From Calditrichaceae bacterium (GTDB lineage: Bacteria; Calditrichota; Calditrichia; Calditrichales; JBFXGD01): a DNA stretch of 64,000 bases. The first letter of the stretch is position 1, and the number at the start of each line of letters is the position of its first letter. The stretch is from NCBI GenBank assembly GCA_050173015.1, contig JBFXLE010000006.1, forward strand, positions 96,001 through 160,000, in the 5' to 3' direction. This document shows positions 8,297 through 17,649 of this stretch, in pieces. The notes under the pieces are model-generated. The model searched no databases. It saw nothing but the letters and a program-made list of their open reading frames with translations, and was not told the origin of the DNA. A program made the position numbers and the translations under genes.

Positions 8297-9601
8297 ATGC
8301 AAGAAACAGAATTATATCAATACTGGCAGTATTATGCAAGAAAAGGTTCCTCATTTAATACGCAGGGGCACACGCTCAAAATATTGAGTCAGGGACAGTT
8401 CAATTTCTCCAGAGGGCCTGATATCCGCGGAGCAAAGTTTAATCTTGACGGAGTGATTTATCACGGAGATGTGGAGTTCCATGTTCTACCGGTGGACTGG
8501 TATCGTCATCAGCATCATCTTGACAGAGCTTTTCAAAATGTGATTCTTCATCTGGTGGGTGATGATCCCGGTTCCGAGTCCGGAAAAATCAGCCACGGTC
8601 TTGATGGCCGGATTATCCCAACCTTTATCCTTCCCAAGCCTGATACATCCCGTTTTCCGGCTCATCCTGGTACATACTGCCGGGAGCGCGCATCCTTCCG
8701 GACAGGGTTAAAAAAGAATCTTGAACTGCTTGCTCTTGAACGTCTTCGGATCAAAGTCCGGCAATTTACACATTTATTAAATTATCAGTCGCCGGAAGAC
8801 CTTCTTTATAAGTACATTTTCAGGGCATTGGGTTATCCTCATAACGCAAACGCGTTCGAGCAATTGGCCGAAAGACTCGAATGGCCGTGGATGCTCTGGT
8901 GGACAGAAAATATATCCGACAATCCTGAGATATTGTATTCGGTTTATGCCGGACACGCGTCTTTTCTTCCAGAGAAATCTCCGGATCCTGAAATCGCGCA
9001 AATGATCAATATTTATAAAAATGCAAAAAGTTACTTTAAAAGCGCTCCGATTGACCCCGGGCAATGGCAGTTTGCTTCAACACGTCCCGTAAATCATCCA
9101 CATTTCAGGTTGGCGGCCTGGGTATGGTTATTAAATCATAATCATTTTGAATCACCTCACTCTGTATTTACGGAAATTCTGAGTTCGAGGAGCGGGTACC
9201 ATCTAACCTACCGGAAAATTCTGGATTATTTCAGAATAAAAGTGAATCATTACTGGTTGAAACATTCTGCTCTTGGAAGAGTACGTACGGGTGTTGTGCC
9301 TGACTATTTTTTCGGGGAAGCGAGAATAAGCGAACTTATTGTTAACGTATTGCTTCCTATCTACATCGCGATCGCCGGCCGGAATGGAAGTAGCGGCTTC
9401 CAAACCTATCTTGAGTCATTTTATCTCTGGCTTCCCATGAGGGTTTCGTACAGATCCTTACAGCAAAATTTCTCGTTTTATTCAGATTGTAAAACTGTCT
9501 GGAACGGGCAGGGGATGCAGCAGGCGCTTTTGCATCTCGAAAGCGGCTTCTGTTTGTTAAGGGTTTGTAACCGTTGTCCGCTTAAACGTAAAAACGATTG
9601 A
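8297..9601 (+). CDS. DUF2851-like protein
   Basis: N-terminal ELYQYW, GPDI...GDVEFH, W..H.H..D...NVILH, RPVNHPHFRLA, C-terminal C-x4-C-x2-C. Confidence 0.8.
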   Translation: MQETELYQYWQYYARKGSSFNTQGHTLKILSQGQFNFSRGPDIRGAKFNLDGVIYHGDVEFHVLPVDWYRHQHHLDRAFQNVILHLVGDDPGSESGKISHGLDGRIIPTFILPKPDTSRFPAHPGTYCRERASFRTGLKKNLELLALERLRIKVRQFTHLLNYQSPEDLLYKYIFRALGYPHNANAFEQLAERLEWPWMLWWTENISDNPEILYSVYAGHASFLPEKSPDPEIAQMINIYKNAKSYFKSAPIDPGQWQFASTRPVNHPHFRLAAWVWLLNHNHFESPHSVFTEILSSRSGYHLTYRKILDYFRIKVNHYWLKHSALGRVRTGVVPDYFFGEARISELIVNVLLPIYIAIAGRNGSSGFQTYLESFYLWLPMRVSYRSLQQNFSFYSDCKTVWNGQGMQQALLHLESGFCLLRVCNRCPLKRKND

Positions 9602-9626
9602 CAGTTAGTTTAAAAATATTTATACT
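9598..9626 (+). promoter_or_regulatory. Sigma70-type promoter for the mgtC-like/DUF350/SLT genes
   Basis: TTGACA (9598-9603), 17-nt spacer, TATACT (9621-9626). Confidence 0.7.
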
Positions 9627-9676
9627 TAAAATGTATGAGTTAAATTTTAGTATCCGCGCTATTCTAAGGAGCATGG

Positions 9677-10117
9677 ATGAGTATCGATTCCGGCTGGATT
9701 GAAATCGCGTATATGCTAATAAAGCTTGCAATCGCGGGTTTGTGCGGCGCGATTATCGGTTTGGAATACAAAAGCAATCCGACTACTTATGTTATTGTTC
9801 TGATAAGTGTGGGCTCGGCAGTTTTTACCATGGTTCCCCTCAGTAACGGATTCGGGGTAATGACCGGACCGCAATCCGGATTAATTTCCCCGGTGGTTGT
9901 CTCTATCGGTCTGATAACAGCAGGTGTGATTGTCAAAAATCATGATATTCGGGCCGGACTAAAAATGGGCGCAGCCATGTGGATTTCCGGCGCGGTTGGG
10001 CTGGCGGTGGGAGCCGGCGCTTATATTCCCGCCGTAATTGTCACTCTCATCGGATATGTTCTGATTGGTAAAATGGAGCCGGTGGAGGACAAGGATTCTG
10101 ACAGTGATCGCTTTTAA
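9677..10117 (+). CDS. MgtC/SapB-like membrane protein (short, divergent)
   Basis: LCGAIIGLE and AAMWISGAVGLAVGAG resemble MgtC; TM domain only. Confidence 0.75.
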   Translation: MSIDSGWIEIAYMLIKLAIAGLCGAIIGLEYKSNPTTYVIVLISVGSAVFTMVPLSNGFGVMTGPQSGLISPVVVSIGLITAGVIVKNHDIRAGLKMGAAMWISGAVGLAVGAGAYIPAVIVTLIGYVLIGKMEPVEDKDSDSDRF

Positions 10118-10177
10118 TCATAAAAGATTTAATTAAAGTTATTAAGGTCGTAACTCAAAAAACAGGATGAAAAGCAT

Positions 10178-10414
10178 ATGGAATTTGTATGGTTTGATCC
10201 AATCATGATCAGAAATTTTATCTATGCCATCTTCGGGGTACTGGTTGGCATGTTTTCATCAATCGGCACCTATAAGCTGGTGAACAGAACAACACGCTTC
10301 GATATACCGAACGAATTGGAAAAAGGCAATCTGGCGGTTGGTGTCGTCGTCGGCGGAATATTTATTATGATCGGATTAATTGTTGGATTAATCATTGGAA
10401 TGAGCCTGAATTAG
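10178..10414 (+). CDS. DUF350-like small membrane protein
   Basis: Two TM segments flanking TRFDIPNELEKGNLAVGVVVGG. Confidence 0.75.
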   Translation: MEFVWFDPIMIRNFIYAIFGVLVGMFSSIGTYKLVNRTTRFDIPNELEKGNLAVGVVVGGIFIMIGLIVGLIIGMSLN

Positions 10415-11161
10415 ATGAAATACCTTAGTATTATAGCGGCAGGTGTATTTTTGATGCTGCTTGGGTCATGTCAGTCTCCTTCCTCCAGACAATCAGCTTT
10501 CATGAATGATGACAGCCTGAAGCAGCAAATCGAAAAACATATCGCTGAAAAGAAACGACTCGGGCAGCTCAGCCTTCAGATTTCGGAGGGCCGGATGGGG
10601 GAGGCTATTGCCAAATATAAACCGATCATTAAAAAATATTCAAAGAGATATGGATTTGACTGGAGATTGATCGTTGCTCAGATCGTCCAGGAATCAGGTT
10701 TCAATACACAGGCGAAGAGCAGGGTGGGCGCGCACGGATTGATGCAGATAATGCCGGCGACCGCCAGTGAAATAAGCAAGGAACTGGACATTGACTATAT
10801 TATGAAAAATCCCCGCGAAAATATAACAGCAGGTATCTATCATTTGAAAAAGCAGTACCGGTATTATCCGGACGCTGACTTTCCGGATCGGACACGTCTC
10901 GCGCTTGCCAGCTATAACGGAGGCGCAGGCCGGGTGTTTGATGCACAGGATATCGCGAGATATTATAAACTTCCTCCCAACCAATGGACGACAGTCCGCC
11001 CTTATCTGACGATGCTTAAAAAAACCGACTGGGAACTTCATTTGCAGGTCTGGCCGGAAGGAAGACCCAAATACGGTTATTTTTACGGTTATAACGAGAC
11101 AATCAATTATGTTGATAATATTTGGGATTTATACCAATCCTTTATACATATTTTAATGTAA
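10415..11161 (+). CDS. Lytic transglycosylase lipoprotein (SLT, MltF catalytic-domain-like)
   Basis: Lipobox LGSC; DWRLIVAQIVQESGF (catalytic Glu), GLMQIMP, ASYNGG, ETINYV. Confidence 0.88.
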   Translation: MKYLSIIAAGVFLMLLGSCQSPSSRQSAFMNDDSLKQQIEKHIAEKKRLGQLSLQISEGRMGEAIAKYKPIIKKYSKRYGFDWRLIVAQIVQESGFNTQAKSRVGAHGLMQIMPATASEISKELDIDYIMKNPRENITAGIYHLKKQYRYYPDADFPDRTRLALASYNGGAGRVFDAQDIARYYKLPPNQWTTVRPYLTMLKKTDWELHLQVWPEGRPKYGYFYGYNETINYVDNIWDLYQSFIHILM

Positions 11162-11319
11162 TCTCGTTGTTCTCACCTCAAAAAGTAGTTCAATTCTAAA
11201 TTTTTTATTGATTGTGCCGTAATATTAATGATGTGACTCAGGTCATTGTTATCAATTATGTCATTTTAAATATTGATATTGAAAAGGAAATCATCATCAG
11301 GTAAAGGGAAATTACATAT

Positions 11320-14300
11320 ATGAAATTTAAAATACTATCAACCCTCATATTACTTTTAGTGTTATCACTGTTCTGTGAGATAAATATATTGTACGCTCAG
11401 GATATTACAGAATCCTTTTGGGTGAGTCCGTCGGGCAATGATACGAATGACGGAAGCAGGACCACACCGTTCGCTTCGATAAATTACGCCATTTCAAAAA
11501 TCAGCGCCGGCGACACGGTTTTTATTGAGCCGGGGGATTACTACGAACAGATTATTATTCATAATCAGCCCGATTTTTTACTGACGGGATCCGATCCGCA
11601 ATTCCCAGCAACCGTCATAGCGCCCGGAGCCGGGCCTGTTTTATCAGTGAACAGCGATACCCTGTCAAATTCTAATAATATGGAGATCCGGAATCTCAGG
11701 TTAACCCATGCGGACAAAGACAGCCTTGGAGTCGGTATCGAGATTATCAACAGCGGGCCCTCTATATCAAATTGTATCATTGTGAACAATAAATCGGTTG
11801 AGGGCGGTGGGATTAAAATATTATCAGCAGGCGTGTCGGCTAAACCGCTGATACAAAAATGCGATATTTTTGGAAACAACGCCGATTCGGGCGCCGGTGT
11901 CTATGCTGAAAACAGCTCGGTCACGATATTAGATTCTAGAATCCACGAAAATGATTCGAGGCTTGGCGGCGCCTTAGGATATTTTAATTCATACGGTTTA
12001 ATTTTTCAAAATAATCAGGTATATAACAATCACGCGGAAAGCGGCGGCGGGATATACATTGACGCGCAAACTGCCGCAGAAGTTATCCGGAACGAATTGA
12101 ATGAAAATACGATTTTCCATAATCAGTCGTCAAAGGATGGTGGTGGAATATATGCCACAGGTGACGCGGTGGATTTGCTGTTAAACGCAAACAGTATCGC
12201 AGAAAACCGGGCGGATTCGAATGGGGGAGGTCTTTTGGTTTCCGGTGCCGGCGAATCATCTCTTCAGGATAATATTATTGTCGGAAACACCGGAGCAAAA
12301 AAGGGCGGAGCGATTTATCTATCCGCCATGCTTAAATCGGTAAATCTCTGGTCAAATCATATTTCAGGCAATCACGCCGGCGCGCAGGGCGGGGCCGTAT
12401 ATATTCACTCCGCGGCTGCATTGATCGCGGGTGGAGCGGCGGAACTTCAAAACGATTTTTTTCATAATCATGCCAGCGGCGGACTTAATAATATATATTC
12501 TGAAAACACCATATCATTTCTTGAGTTAAGCCTTAATTACTGGGGAAAAACACAGGAATCCGAAATATTAGCTACAATTGCTGTTCCTGATCTGATGAAC
12601 AATGACACATGGAAAACAGCCGCCAAGACTCCAAAACCGGTGATACTGAAACTTCAGCCGGAAAGACCATTCTACTGGTTTGGCGACGGGTCAATAGAAC
12701 TGATGGAGGAAGGATTCAATTTTCTCAATGACAGCTTAATAACAGTGACGACTTTTACCGACACATCATTCGCGACCCCTCCGGATGATACCGGTTTTCC
12801 AAAACTATATGAGTTTGATTTTTCCGGCATGTCTGAAAACAATGTATTCAATTTAAGGCTCACTCCTGATTTTGATGAACTGGCCTTAGCGGGAAATCCT
12901 GATTTAAAAAATCTGAATATTATATTCGAAGACACCCTGAATTCAAACTGGTTTTCACTGCCCACGCTTACCGATATGTCAACCGGAGAACTAAAGACAT
13001 TCATTACTGTGGTGCCGGGAAAGAAATTTACGATCGGCCGGCTGGCGCCGGTTCAGGATTCGCTTTTTTATACATGGCCGTTGCCAAATCAGGCGGATGT
13101 TCCAAATAATTCGGATATACAAATCTGGTTTCAAAAAACAATGGATGAATCCACCATACTTGCGGAAAGTATATCCATTTACGGAGGTCAGAGTGGATTT
13201 ATAAGATTCAATCACTTTTATGATTCCGACGCGGGTCTGCTCACTCTCCGATCCGAAAAACCCTTTATAAACGGGGAGGAGATACGGGTAACACTGAAGG
13301 ATACTATCGCAGCCGGCGATGGTTCAACCCTCGCGGACGGATATAGCTGGAGATTCATCACGGCTGCTTTTCGCGGCAGCGGTGATTTTCTGAAGCGGGA
13401 CATTCCGCATCAGTCGGGAGGCTTTTATCAAATAAGACCCGTACATTTGAACGATGACCGAATCCCCGAATTACTGCAGTTCGGTGGCAATCATCTCACC
13501 GTTTACCAAAAGGAAGATAATCTTTTATATTCACAGCAGTTCGATACTGTTCTCGCCGAGACCTACAATATTATCAGAACCGCGGATATTAATTATGACA
13601 GTCGGGCCGACCTTCTGTTGTTTAATGATTCAAAAATGATAGTGTATTATTATGATTCCCAGGCGGGGGGACTCACAGAAGTACTTCAGAAGAATATCGG
13701 TACCGGCGCAGGGTTAAAAGACGTTGTCATCAGAGATTTCAATAATGACGGTGTTCTGGATATCAGTCTCCTGTGGTCGGGAATTGTTTTAAATCAGCTT
13801 GATCTTTATCAGGGAAGTTTTCAGCCGGTTCTGGATTGGTCCGGCCCCAATTCAACGATTCTCAGCGGCAATTCGGACGCATTGGCGCCGATGGACATCG
13901 ACGGTGACGGCCTGATAGATCTGGCGCTGACAAGAGGTTTGGCTGATGATAATATTACACTCCTAAAAAATCAAAGCGGTGCATTTTTAGACCTCATGTC
14001 ACTCTTTTCGGGAATCGGGAATCAAAGCAGGATTGACGCGGCAAATATCTGGCATGACAATAACTATGCAAACCAAAAAGAAATCATACTTTCAGGGTGG
14101 AATTTTTTATCGGGCAAACATGAAATCAGCTTGTTCAATAGTGATGCTGATGGGAATTTATCACCGGCTTTCCAGGGTGAATTACCCGATTCAATTATGG
14201 ATGTTACCACCGCGGATTTCAATTCAGACGGATATCTTGACCTGGCGGTAAGTCTGGCAAACGGTGATGTAATAGTATATCCAAGCAGAGACGGCGGGCT

Positions 14301-17300
14301 GGATTTTGGATTGAATACCCGCTTCGCGGGGGATATACGCGCGGAAAATATAGCGGGCGCCGATCTTGATGATGATGGTGATATAGATATGTTGATCAGC
14401 GATTTTAAAGACGGACTCACATCATGGCAGGTTCTTGAAAATGTAACCCGAAGCTCCCGTTCCTGGTTCGTTGACTGGCAGTCTTTGTCGGGTGACGGTG
14501 ATTACTTTTCTCCCTTTCCGGAAATCGGGATGGCTCTGGCAAGAGTTTCTTCGGGAGACTCCGTTTTTATCAGAGGCGGGGATTACAAAGAACAACTTTT
14601 GATTAACGAAAGCATCACGATAAGCTCAGCTGATTCCCTGCCGGTATTTATCGGGCCGCCGGCCGATTTAGTAACAGCAGGTGAACTCATCAGGATAGAG
14701 AACGCGGATAGTTTACTGATAAGAAATATTCGCGCTTATGCTGATTCAGGCGGTAATCAACTGACAGGTTTTTCAATAAAAAATACAATCGGATCATCGT
14801 TTGAAGCGGTCGCGTCAGAATGGCTAAAGACTGGATTTTTGATTGAAAACAGCAATATCAGTTTTGATTATCTGGAAATACGTCATTGTGAAACGGGCCT
14901 CGACGCGGCATTCTCTCAGCTGGAACTCTCGGGATTTGATCTTGAGCAAAATTTGATTGCCGGAGGAATACTTAATGAAACCCACGCTAATTTAATGGAT
15001 GGAAATATCTCCGCAAACGGTTTGGATCAGACCAATGGTCTCGGCGGATTAATTGTTGAGTCAAATTCCGTCCTCAACATGAACTATTTTTATTTGGACG
15101 GAAACGGGCTTGCGAATATAATTGCAAACGGCAGCAGTGTGTTTTTGCAGTTTGGCATGATTATGAACGCGAATGATCTCGGTATCGCAGGGAAGGGCGA
15201 TGGAATTGTATTAAACTCCTGCCCGGAATACTCCATGAGGAATTTACAGATAGCCGGACAGCCGGGATTTGGAATTCGCTCCATTAACAGCAGTGGACAT
15301 ATCCGTAACAATATATTCGAAAATAATGACGAGTCCGGCAGTTTCGGCGGCGGGGGTGTTAATTTTGAATCATCCGCTACCGGATCGATTTCCAACAATG
15401 TCTTTAGCTCAAGCAATACCGCCATCAAATCCGTCGGCGGTGCAGCGGAAATAAAATACAATGACTTCTACTCAAATATAAAGAATTTTGACGGAGCCGT
15501 ACCCGGGATCGGAAACATATATGAAGATCCCATGTTTGTAAGAGACTATTACCCGTTTGAAGATGTATTTCCTGTGATAGATCCATCAGATCCCCCGTAT
15601 CATCTCAAGCTGGCTCCGGGTTCACCACTTATTGATGCCGGTGATCCGGCGCATTTCAGCGGTGACGGATCACGTTCCGATATGGGAATGTTCGGGGATG
15701 CGGGCCTGCCCTTCAACATGCTCGAAGTTCCCCAGGTTACCTTAAACAAAACGGAGACAAATATTACTCTCACCTGGAATTCGCCGGCCCCGGAGTCCGA
15801 TTCATTGCTGCGCGGGATTGCAGTGTTCAGGGATACGGTTTTGACAGCCCTGCCGGATTCGGGTTCTCTGGTTGTTATTACAGATAAATACACCACACAG
15901 TTTGTTGACACATTGCCTGATCTGAACGGGATCTACTTTTACCGTCTCGCGTTTATTGACAGCATTGGCGGTTGCACGGGTTATTCGAATATCGTTTCCG
16001 ATGCTCTGTTATTAAATACGGTTTTGGTCGGAACAAATCCGGACACTGTTTCTCAGGCAAAGTTGAGTTTTCAGTTTGCCGCGATTGATCCCGTGGATAA
16101 TTCTCTCATGGGCGACCTGATTCCGGTAACATTTCAATATCGTTTTTCCAGGATCGATTCAACCGTTGCGAGTGTACTGGATTCAGGACAAACATTAGAA
16201 CGAAAAATGGATTTTTATCCGCTGGAGAACGGTAAATATCGGTTTGAAGTGGCCGCGGTTGATTCAGCAGGCCTGGGTGGACTGGGATTAAATGAGGTAA
16301 ACGTGGAATCTGTGGTGTCCGCCGGATATTTGGATATTTATCGATATATATGGCAGATGATATCCATCAGCCGGGAAGTTTCCAAAATTCCTCAAAATCT
16401 GTTTGAAAACAAGTTGCTCGCCTTCAAAACATGGCGAAACGGAGCGTATAAAAGCGTACCGGCGGATTCGGTGATACCGGGAAAAGGATATTGGATTCTT
16501 TCAAATGAAAAAATAGTTGTCGATATGTCAAAAAATAAATTTTTGGCGATTGATAAACCCGTATCCGTGCCGCTTGAAAAAGGCTGGAATCAGGTAGGGA
16601 ATCCCTGGGGGTGGGATATATCATGGAATAACTGCTCGTTTACGACCATAAAGGGTGATGTCTTCGGATTCCGGGAGGCCATTGACAAAGGGCTGCTGGG
16701 TTCAGGAATATACAAATGGGGTATCTTTCCCTTTAGAACCTATTTCAGAGAAACCGATGATATGATCGAGCCGGATCAGGGTTTTTGGATAAAAGTATCT
16801 GAACCGCTTCAAATTAATTTTAACTCAGCGCCGCAATCCGTGGAGAGTACTGAAACGCCGGAATATTTTAATAAAGCTGCTCAAACCGCGGCGAATTTAA
16901 CCGGATCGGATGTGATTCTTAGTCTGAACGCCTCAGGCGGCGACATGGCTGATATGGATAATTTTTACGGCGTATGCGCTGATCGTTCACAGTATCCGTT
17001 TTATTATCAACGGGCGTCGGAACCTCCCGCTCTTTCGGATTTTATAAAAGTTTATTCTGTTGAAAACGGCGAAAAGATTTCAGGAGATCTTACGGAGTTT
17101 GCGGCGGAATCCGATTCAAAGGAATGGCAGATTTTTGTTGAAACATCAAATCCTGACAACAAAATTACTCTGACCTGGGATTGGAAAGTGGCATCTTCAG
17201 GAACCAGACTACTTTTATATCATCTTGATTCCGGAGTCTGGTTTGATATGTCCGATCAGAATTCCTACTCAATCGAAAATCCTGAGATGGTCAATCACTT

Positions 17301-17637
17301 TAAAATGATCGCGACAACGGATGCCGACTTTGAGCCTCATATCCTACCGGTTGAATTTAATCTGTTTCAAAATTACCCGAATCCATTCAATCCGGTCACC
17401 AAAATCAGACTGGCAATTCCATTTTTTGCTGATGGTCAGGAGGCAAGCCTCATTGTGTACGATATCCTCGGTCGTAAAGTTAAAACCTTATTGAATAAAC
17501 GGGTGGAAAGCGGTTATATCGAAATGAGCTGGGACGGAATGAATGATCGTGGGATAAGACAGGCAAGCGGTATGTATATCTATCATTTTCATTCGGGTAA
17601 TTTTTCAACGTCCAAAAAAATGATATTAATAAAGTAA
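11320..17637 (+). CDS. Giant secreted multidomain surface protein (two beta-helix regions, Ig-like, FG-GAP/VCBS repeats, FN3) with T9SS-like FlgD-Ig C-terminal domain
   Basis: Signal peptide; WVSPSGNDTNDGS..PF (DUF1565-like); NxAxxGGAI/GGGI repeats; DINYDSRADLL, DFNNDGVLDI, DIDGDGLIDLA, DFNSDGYLDLA, DLDDDGDIDML; GSPLIDAGDP..DMG; C-terminal QNYPNPFNP...WDG...SGMYIY...KKMILIK. Confidence 0.85.
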   Translation: MKFKILSTLILLLVLSLFCEINILYAQDITESFWVSPSGNDTNDGSRTTPFASINYAISKISAGDTVFIEPGDYYEQIIIHNQPDFLLTGSDPQFPATVIAPGAGPVLSVNSDTLSNSNNMEIRNLRLTHADKDSLGVGIEIINSGPSISNCIIVNNKSVEGGGIKILSAGVSAKPLIQKCDIFGNNADSGAGVYAENSSVTILDSRIHENDSRLGGALGYFNSYGLIFQNNQVYNNHAESGGGIYIDAQTAAEVIRNELNENTIFHNQSSKDGGGIYATGDAVDLLLNANSIAENRADSNGGGLLVSGAGESSLQDNIIVGNTGAKKGGAIYLSAMLKSVNLWSNHISGNHAGAQGGAVYIHSAAALIAGGAAELQNDFFHNHASGGLNNIYSENTISFLELSLNYWGKTQESEILATIAVPDLMNNDTWKTAAKTPKPVILKLQPERPFYWFGDGSIELMEEGFNFLNDSLITVTTFTDTSFATPPDDTGFPKLYEFDFSGMSENNVFNLRLTPDFDELALAGNPDLKNLNIIFEDTLNSNWFSLPTLTDMSTGELKTFITVVPGKKFTIGRLAPVQDSLFYTWPLPNQADVPNNSDIQIWFQKTMDESTILAESISIYGGQSGFIRFNHFYDSDAGLLTLRSEKPFINGEEIRVTLKDTIAAGDGSTLADGYSWRFITAAFRGSGDFLKRDIPHQSGGFYQIRPVHLNDDRIPELLQFGGNHLTVYQKEDNLLYSQQFDTVLAETYNIIRTADINYDSRADLLLFNDSKMIVYYYDSQAGGLTEVLQKNIGTGAGLKDVVIRDFNNDGVLDISLLWSGIVLNQLDLYQGSFQPVLDWSGPNSTILSGNSDALAPMDIDGDGLIDLALTRGLADDNITLLKNQSGAFLDLMSLFSGIGNQSRIDAANIWHDNNYANQKEIILSGWNFLSGKHEISLFNSDADGNLSPAFQGELPDSIMDVTTADFNSDGYLDLAVSLANGDVIVYPSRDGGLDFGLNTRFAGDIRAENIAGADLDDDGDIDMLISDFKDGLTSWQVLENVTRSSRSWFVDWQSLSGDGDYFSPFPEIGMALARVSSGDSVFIRGGDYKEQLLINESITISSADSLPVFIGPPADLVTAGELIRIENADSLLIRNIRAYADSGGNQLTGFSIKNTIGSSFEAVASEWLKTGFLIENSNISFDYLEIRHCETGLDAAFSQLELSGFDLEQNLIAGGILNETHANLMDGNISANGLDQTNGLGGLIVESNSVLNMNYFYLDGNGLANIIANGSSVFLQFGMIMNANDLGIAGKGDGIVLNSCPEYSMRNLQIAGQPGFGIRSINSSGHIRNNIFENNDESGSFGGGGVNFESSATGSISNNVFSSSNTAIKSVGGAAEIKYNDFYSNIKNFDGAVPGIGNIYEDPMFVRDYYPFEDVFPVIDPSDPPYHLKLAPGSPLIDAGDPAHFSGDGSRSDMGMFGDAGLPFNMLEVPQVTLNKTETNITLTWNSPAPESDSLLRGIAVFRDTVLTALPDSGSLVVITDKYTTQFVDTLPDLNGIYFYRLAFIDSIGGCTGYSNIVSDALLLNTVLVGTNPDTVSQAKLSFQFAAIDPVDNSLMGDLIPVTFQYRFSRIDSTVASVLDSGQTLERKMDFYPLENGKYRFEVAAVDSAGLGGLGLNEVNVESVVSAGYLDIYRYIWQMISISREVSKIPQNLFENKLLAFKTWRNGAYKSVPADSVIPGKGYWILSNEKIVVDMSKNKFLAIDKPVSVPLEKGWNQVGNPWGWDISWNNCSFTTIKGDVFGFREAIDKGLLGSGIYKWGIFPFRTYFRETDDMIEPDQGFWIKVSEPLQINFNSAPQSVESTETPEYFNKAAQTAANLTGSDVILSLNASGGDMADMDNFYGVCADRSQYPFYYQRASEPPALSDFIKVYSVENGEKISGDLTEFAAESDSKEWQIFVETSNPDNKITLTWDWKVASSGTRLLLYHLDSGVWFDMSDQNSYSIENPEMVNHFKMIATTDADFEPHILPVEFNLFQNYPNPFNPVTKIRLAIPFFADGQEASLIVYDILGRKVKTLLNKRVESGYIEMSWDGMNDRGIRQASGMYIYHFHSGNFSTSKKMILIK

Positions 17638-17649
17638 AGAGGCATATAA

